NCBI GenBank assembly: GCA_001687465.1
Contig: LVLI01000175.1
Coordinates: 1-64,000, forward strand
Direction of reading: 5' to 3'
Source of the DNA: Halocafeteria seosinensis
Lineage: Eukaryota
Length of the DNA: 64,000 nt
Translations under genes and position numbers: made by a program
Part shown: positions 58,801 through 64,000 of the stretch, piece by piece
Numbering within the stretch: position 1 is the stretch's first letter
Layout of the letters: the number at the start of each line of letters is the position of its first letter
Notes under the pieces: generated by a model
Databases searched by the model: none
What the model was told of the DNA's origin: nothing
The model's input: the letters and a program-made list of their open reading frames with translations, nothing else

Positions 58801-60875
58801 GCTTGTATCGGAACAACTAACCCTTTTCTGGATGCACAGAGTTCCAAACCAAGCTTCTCCGTGTTTTGTCGTGATTCGGCCAATCCTTCGCTAGCACTTA
58901 AGGATAAAAGCCGTCTACAACAGAAAGACTCTAGGTCTAAAGCTAAGGGAGGGCAGTAAAATGCCCCGAAAGAAAACGTCAAACCACCCCCACCAACTGT
59001 GACTAGCTGAAAGGATGAGTTACCACCACCATGACTGAAGGTGCTGCAACCGCTCCTGCTCAGATAGGAAAGCGCCCGTTTCGTCTCACTTTTCACCATT
59101 TCACTCTGGTTCGACGGGACAAAACTAATGCGTCTACATCGCCAACTGCCAACTTCCATTTTGTACGGGCCCTGTTCGGCAGAGTTCGCTGTTGTTCCCC
59201 CAAATATCAGTAGAGATCTCGGCTTCCCACCGCCAATCGGAATGATGTGATGGAAAAATCGAGGAGAAGGATTTGCATCCGTTAACGGTGGGGTGGACCA
59301 CGTTAAACTGGGTACGTGCAATTCAAAGAAGTCACCAAGAAGTCTGCCGGAAAGGTGCTTATCCGAAGCAATATTGCGATTTTGTGTGCCTCGTTCTCGT
59401 GAAATGTTATCAGGACGAGCAAATGTGTATCCTCCATGGACATATACACTATCATGTCCTGTGCACATTGCATGACCATAACGAGGACCAGGCATTACAC
59501 CGGAACAGTTTCTGGCCAAATTCGCGACTGAAAATGTGGATTGACCGTGCAAATTATTGAAGAATGTGATCTTCAGTAGGGAAGCAAAACAATGGTCGGT
59601 GTTTCTACCGCCAAAGAGAACGATTTCTTTCTCGCTGATCGGTACCATTTGATGACCCCAGCAGCACGGTAAATGGGTATCGGCTTCGTGTGGTTTGCTC
59701 ATAGGATGCCATTCATGAACGTAACCATTATCAAGCTTCTCAACAGTCAAACTCCACAGATCCCCGAGAGCATTTGAAGGAGAAGTCCGGCCTCCGTGTA
59801 TGACAAGTTGTTCCCCATCCGTGGCGGGAAGCACACACGCAGCATGTTTTATGCGAGCGGCAGGTAATTGATCTCTTGAGCGGCAAGCGCTATATGTCCA
59901 TTCTTCTTTGGAGGGGTCAAATATCACAACAGAGGTTAGTCTCTGCATATTCGATCCACCACATCCACCGTATAAAACTCCGATTTCCTTTCCATCGCGC
60001 AGCTTGAGGCGACTGAACGAGAGTCCCCAGCGAGCTAGATCACGTGGATCCACTTGGCATTGTCCTGGAGGCAGAGTTTTGTCTACCACATCTGTGTCCA
60101 TCAAATTTTCCCTTAAATTCCTTTCGAACAACGTGACTTTTCTCAAATTTTGGTTGAAGCGGTTATTCGCATACTCCACTAATAGCCGAAAGGATGCCCG
60201 TGGCACGATGTGGTTCCCATTCAACACGAGAGGAACTTGCATCGTATTAGCCGTCGATCGTACATGCACCATAAACTTCTTACCAATGACGATCCCCGAC
60301 TCCCTGAACCCAGATTGGTTCGCTATGTTCAACAGTCTCTTGGCTGAAGCTATATCCCTGCATTGAACGTGGAGAATAAACGGTTCCACTTTGAGAAGCA
60401 AACGACTGCAATCCGTTGAACATCCTTGCACCAATTCGATCACTTCGTCAGGAGATACTGTCCTATGTGCCGCAAGAAGCCACTGTCCACTACCCTTATA
60501 CGAATATTGCTTTCCAGAGTATTCCGCCGTACTCGTACTGGGGTGGTCTTCACAGTCTTCGCTGCCTTTTTCATTCGGGTCAGCGGCAGCAAGGCCTCCC
60601 TCTTCTTCCTCGTCTGTCAAGTTCCTACAGGACTGGTCAGATGGTCTGCCGTTCGTCGTAGAGGGCTGAGGGATATAAAATAAGGAAATACGGCCTGAGC
60701 AAGAACTCGTGCTGACATAGTCCGGAAGTGTATTCAGCCATTCCAGGAACCCTTTGATGGGCGCATCAAGGGCGCCTTTCGGAGATTTATCCACTAGGTT
60801 CTGAAGATCTCGTAGAATCTGAGTTTTGCAAGCATCAAAGGCTTCATGCTCCTGTGTATGGGCCAAACGCACCAT
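55812..60875 (-). CDS. tRNA wybutosine-synthesis fusion protein: TYW3 + Kelch (TYW4 C-terminal-like) + TYW2 + TYW5 JmjC hydroxylase
   Basis: TYW3: DKSPKGALDAPI..TSSCSGRISLF..KVEPFILHVQC..GFRESG. Kelch: HGGRTSP, LFGGRN, PRYGHAM, PRFFHH, VGGGGLTFSFG. TYW2: ENGILYTLDITKVMFSTGNDTEK..VVDLYAGIGYFT..ADRVNLGLLPSSE..VKSYAP. TYW5: YLRAVG..FSSVFRVAS..LWTHYDVMDN..FIPSLWCHSV..DLYGNADP. Confidence 0.95.
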   Translation of the reverse strand: MVRLAHTQEHEAFDACKTQILRDLQNLVDKSPKGALDAPIKGFLEWLNTLPDYVSTSSCSGRISLFYIPQPSTTNGRPSDQSCRNLTDEEEEGGLAAADPNEKGSEDCEDHPSTSTAEYSGKQYSYKGSGQWLLAAHRTVSPDEVIELVQGCSTDCSRLLLKVEPFILHVQCRDIASAKRLLNIANQSGFRESGIVIGKKFMVHVRSTANTMQVPLVLNGNHIVPRASFRLLVEYANNRFNQNLRKVTLFERNLRENLMDTDVVDKTLPPGQCQVDPRDLARWGLSFSRLKLRDGKEIGVLYGGCGGSNMQRLTSVVIFDPSKEEWTYSACRSRDQLPAARIKHAACVLPATDGEQLVIHGGRTSPSNALGDLWSLTVEKLDNGYVHEWHPMSKPHEADTHLPCCWGHQMVPISEKEIVLFGGRNTDHCFASLLKITFFNNLHGQSTFSVANLARNCSGVMPGPRYGHAMCTGHDSVYVHGGYTFARPDNISRERGTQNRNIASDKHLSGRLLGDFFELHVPSLTWSTPPLTDANPSPRFFHHIIPIGGGKPRSLLIFGGTTANSAEQGPYKMEVGSWRCRRISFVPSNQSEMVKSETKRALSYLSRSGCSTFSHGGGNSSFQLVTVGGGGLTFSFGAFYCPPLALDLESFCCRRLLSLSASEGLAESRQNTEKLGLELCASRKGLVVPIQATEPAKVILAKDGLLDQTEKIRRYGRARTLLDKRTYDSFLRLNSIASQLPIVDMSKSLKNSLPGKSLRRKEKKDQRKRYSDSGLPDDIDILMWIPISAQGEKALDTQRSRDIPEVEKGDEISLFRSLLYSYCPIAEKPGQQEATSLVPTNPGTQSSNGNIAEASESWVIVPKQAAMHCSELFKFIGILDLKRKMHACSPQESEKILAALRRSDHMFCSAKGFIEQLTRIPLTLLRHLSNRSDTDKKPKKLKPISIPAVSWFQSSQFLRVPYRGELTGALSQHRQKLLSIDGNFDTVIEHLEDLATSPLLIQAGTARCGETHKQPRRQSLLERVQVYLKEFMQQYRLPIRLETDIPNKLEFCSDALMLSPHSLVDPLWEQPKIQLGDSQLVPRIWQDLAQLANARIVTRRSEIAQSCTRDSRVELLFGDDPWVTIKENGILYTLDITKVMFSTGNDTEKARVASFPAEGETVVDLYAGIGYFTIPYLIHAKVAHVHACDINPAAMNCLEKNVRLNGVEDRVSLYLCDNQELAPRIPNVADRVNLGLLPSSEDAWSVAVQVMKERGGWMHVHGNINKKEARKDKWGQYVRDEIQRLSSNFGKRWTVSCHSIVRVKSYAPNILHCVADIHCFPAMSTLEQTTKQIEEIVRSDLSRTSGFRAGDIASATSLCSPSLDLLNEHTVQYVLWARRRPLLLQTAISSDIVEAFRPCNLLARGDKSGETRVSAHVSANARMDFTDKNFCFQNMTFQELLQRCENTKQDTGSIYLRAVGDNPRRTRAHFWKDFPDLSRSLPFQKLKWLVPSGAYFSSVFRVASPGMTLWTHYDVMDNVLVQLHGKKRVILFPPSVSDCLYLKGSSSKVLNWDFIDTSQFPLAPYARKNAVEFLMREGDVLFIPSLWCHSVTSVSGTSIAVNVFWKDNILPDELRNSKDLYGNADPLPVTEAEERSKEASKLLSTLPNEYYDFYVRKVLSESFGHEMKVDPVQSPELAGRYIVDAQY

Positions 60876-61735
60876 GTCGGTGAGAGTCACACACACCACC
60901 AGTGCTTTTCAATCCGTAGGACTCCCGTTTGCCCGTATGAAGAAACCAAAGTAACAAAAAAAAGAAGAAAACACCAAGCTCCCAGCAACAAAGGATTGAT
61001 TATTCCAAGGTCAAATTGGGCTCTTGGCATACAACATCCTATAGTGAAGCATTTGTGAAGTTCAACTGGGTAGAATCAACACCCAGCAATTTGAACAGGA
61101 AGTTGAATACACACATCATCAACAACATGAGTATGAAGTGTCCTCAGTCCGAACTTTTCTCGTCTTCGGGATCCCTTCTCAAAAGAGGATGTCATGATTA
61201 AACACAAATAAGCCGTGAATTCAACACTGCCATACGACTTAAGTTGCACCCTTAACTACGGGAGAGTTACGACGAAAATGTGGACGAATGTCTTCGAGGC
61301 AGAGCGTCCCCGCCCGATACCTGTTACCAGGAAGTGGTGTTACTGTGTAAGTCTAGAATTGCACAATGCATACGACAGTTGTCGAACCAGGAAAGATGGT
61401 TGGTTTTCGTTCGTGTTGCATAGTTCCATTTTGTGTGTATTATTTGGTACAGTATCGCTTCTCTTCGCTTTCGCAGCGTTCAAAGGCATTTTTACAATAA
61501 CTACAGCCTCTCAACTGACCACATGTAGGCGCGTCATTGTCATGGGCCTCACAGCCTAAAGGATCGCCCCACTTCCAGCTTGGACTGAACAGACGAGCAC
61601 CAAGAGAAACAAAGTAAGAAAAATGCCAACGACAACGCTGTCGACGGTGTGCATACGCAGTCCAGGGTAATTGCCAGTTGTATGAAGTTCCGCTTGGCGC
61701 ATTTGTTAACAATATATGCAGGGTCGCTCAGGCTG

Positions 61736-64000
61736 TTACATGAGCGGGTGGTAATCAAGTGGCCGCTCCAACGCTCGGGGCTCGTCCTCTTGGGGGAACT
61801 GGAAGAAGTTTAGGGTGTCCACCACTTCGTCCATGGATGGACGCTCTTCGGGGTTTTCATGCCAACAGCGTGTGATCAACTGGCGAAGACCAACTGGAAG
61901 CGCTTTGGGGAGATCTAATCTTTCACCATGTAATACCTTTTCCCTGATTTCTTCATTTTCCTGTAAGTAAGAGGAGTGATGAAAACGGTGCATTCTGGGT
62001 GTCGTTACTCCCCAAACAACTTACTACACCAGCCCATGGCTCTTCCCCACTGAATAGCTCGTATAGGAGTACCCCGAACGCGAACACATCCGATCGAGCA
62101 TCGTAACCTTGCTTCCTAATGGCTTCAGGAGCTAGCCATGCACTGGGACAAACCGTTTTCCCACTATCGTCGTTAGTGTCCAAAGTTTGAGCCAAATTAA
62201 AATCGGCAACACGGGCGTGCCACGTAGTTTCGTCTGCACAGATTAACAGATCTATCGAGGCTAGGTCGATCACAACGTATTCTTACGGGGTAGTGGCGTA
62301 CCTTCAATCAAGATGTTCCGGGCGGCAACGTCGTGGTGGATTATCTCGCAAGAGTGAAGATGGCGGATTCCCTCGGCAGCTTGGATAGCAATATGCAGAA
62401 TCGTTTTCGATTTAAGGGGCTCACTCCTCTTCGAGAGCAACTTGTTGACAGGACCCTGAGGACACAATTGAGTCACCAACGCTGGTTGCTCATCCTCGTC
62501 GGTAACGCCCAAAAATTTAACAATATTCGCTGAAGAAAACCACACGGAAGAGCATTACACCAGCGACTGTAAATCCGACAACCATAGGCAAAACTTACGA
62601 TGTTCGCAAGCTCGTGCCATTATTTCAGCTTCGCGAAGTATGCTCTTCAATGAAGCACTCCGAACCTGCGTCAAGCGAAATGATAGTGCAAGTACACACG
62701 AAAAAAACCCAAGCAGCCGCAACTTACCTCTTCCGACACTCCCAAACCAGTGGCATCGGTGGAATCTTCAGTCTGTAGCAGGATATCGACTGAAGGATTA
62801 CGAAACCAGTGGGTGGCACTACATAGTTGCCGCTTACGTACCACTCTAAACTTAATGGCCACCGATGTATCATCATTAAACAAACCCTTCCAGACCGTAG
62901 AAAAGTTGCCTCCGTCTAGAGGTTTCTGATATTTTACATTTCTCAACCGAGGGATGGCATCATTGTTAGAATCAGAAGCATCAGAGGGGAGCGATTCTTC
63001 TTGATGAAAACCAGTTTCCTCAAACACTTCACCAGTACCTTGTTGTTCCTTTCGAAGAGAGTCATTCTCCCTATATTCTACATTCCGCCCCGCCTCCGTT
63101 GGGGCCATGTTACTAGGATTCGTAATAGAGGTACTTGTTTCCTCTTTGGCAGCATAAGAGGGGTAGCCCCCGACTGAAACACTGTCATCGGTAGTTTGTA
63201 CGTAATTATTATCGGACAGTGCTGTGTGTTCAGAATTCGCCTTTCCAGTTTCCGTTCTAATGCTTGGAGCACTGGCTGTTGACGGGTGTATTGACTGAGA
63301 AATTCTCTGTTCCGTCGAGCTGCAGCCAGCTGTCTGCTCCTCTTGCTCAACAGCTGGGGTTCTAATATCCTCGCTTCCGCTTACGGTATCGCCGTCGTGC
63401 TCGTCTGGAAATAATGAGTTCAAAGGACACGAGTTCTCTTGAGCAGTATCGAAAACTGCTTCCGCCGTGGACTCTCGTGGAGCATACGACGTACCAGTTT
63501 GCATGGGCGATGTCTCTGAGACGCTATCAGGTTGGTTATGTGGCTGCTCCGAGGAAAGGATTTCAGTGCCATTGTTCTCTGATGCTGCATCACGGTCATG
63601 CGGGCTACCAGCGGATGTCCCTAATCCTTCGACGTCTTCACAACTACCTTCAGAAGATACATGTGGACTTCCTTTTGCCTGAGGATCTGCTTCCCTTATT
63701 ACTTCTTCTGTCTCGCATGGAGTCGAGGTACCTTCCTCTAGAGTCTCACGAGCGGATGGGTGATCAGTTTCACTACTTGTAGCTGTTCGTTCGTTCTGGT
63801 CATTCGTTTTGCTCGGTTGGCTTTTACTTGTATTTTGTTTCTTATCTTTTCCTTTCCCCTTTCCATTGCCTTTTTTCCCTTTTTTCTGGCGCCCGCCACT
63901 GGCGAAGAAACTAGCAACACCTCCGATTAGAGCAACACCTGCCCCCACCGCAGCATACGCTAGAGCATCATGCGACGACGATGATTTCTTTGGAGCAGGA
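61736..64000 (-). CDS. Tyrosine-kinase-like protein kinase with a membrane-anchor-like segment; 5' end outside the window, multi-exon
   Basis: LDGGNFSTVWKG, VAIK, NIVKFLGV, IIHHDVAARNILI, VADFNLA, WLAPE, SDVFAFGVLLYEL, CWHENPEERPSM. A hydrophobic stretch (ALAYAAVGAGVALIGGVASFFA) is followed by a Lys cluster near 63840-63965. Confidence 0.9.

Overview
Gene-dense nuclear DNA from a compact-genome unicellular eukaryote. Lineage is not determined from the sequence; a stramenopile-like protist is a weak guess. Introns are short GT-AG spliceosomal introns, mostly about 45-90 nt, so most genes are split across several ORFs of the track. About 28 protein genes are visible: RER1, GRASP, TRAPPC13, a TMTC O-mannosyltransferase, DUF1294, NUP58-like, RRP41, WDR89, a bacterial-type DUF4177 mini-protein, a ~3,230-aa DH-PH-PH plus PPR-like giant, a mitochondrial-type PPR protein, RPL10A, a YnbD-like phosphatase, 5-oxoprolinase, LAS1, SAYSD1, two tandem U-box proteins, a four-module wybutosine enzyme fusion (TYW3-Kelch-TYW2-TYW5/JmjC) and a tyrosine-kinase-like kinase. 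The strongest leads are the single-ORF TYW3/Kelch/TYW2/TYW5 fusion, the RhoGEF-like/PPR-like chimera, a structured long RPL10A intron with a candidate poison 3' splice site, candidate structured ncRNAs upstream of RPL10A, and the DUF4177 HGT candidate. No rRNA, tRNA, CRISPR array or transposon was recognised. All family calls come from motif recognition by eye, not from database searches.
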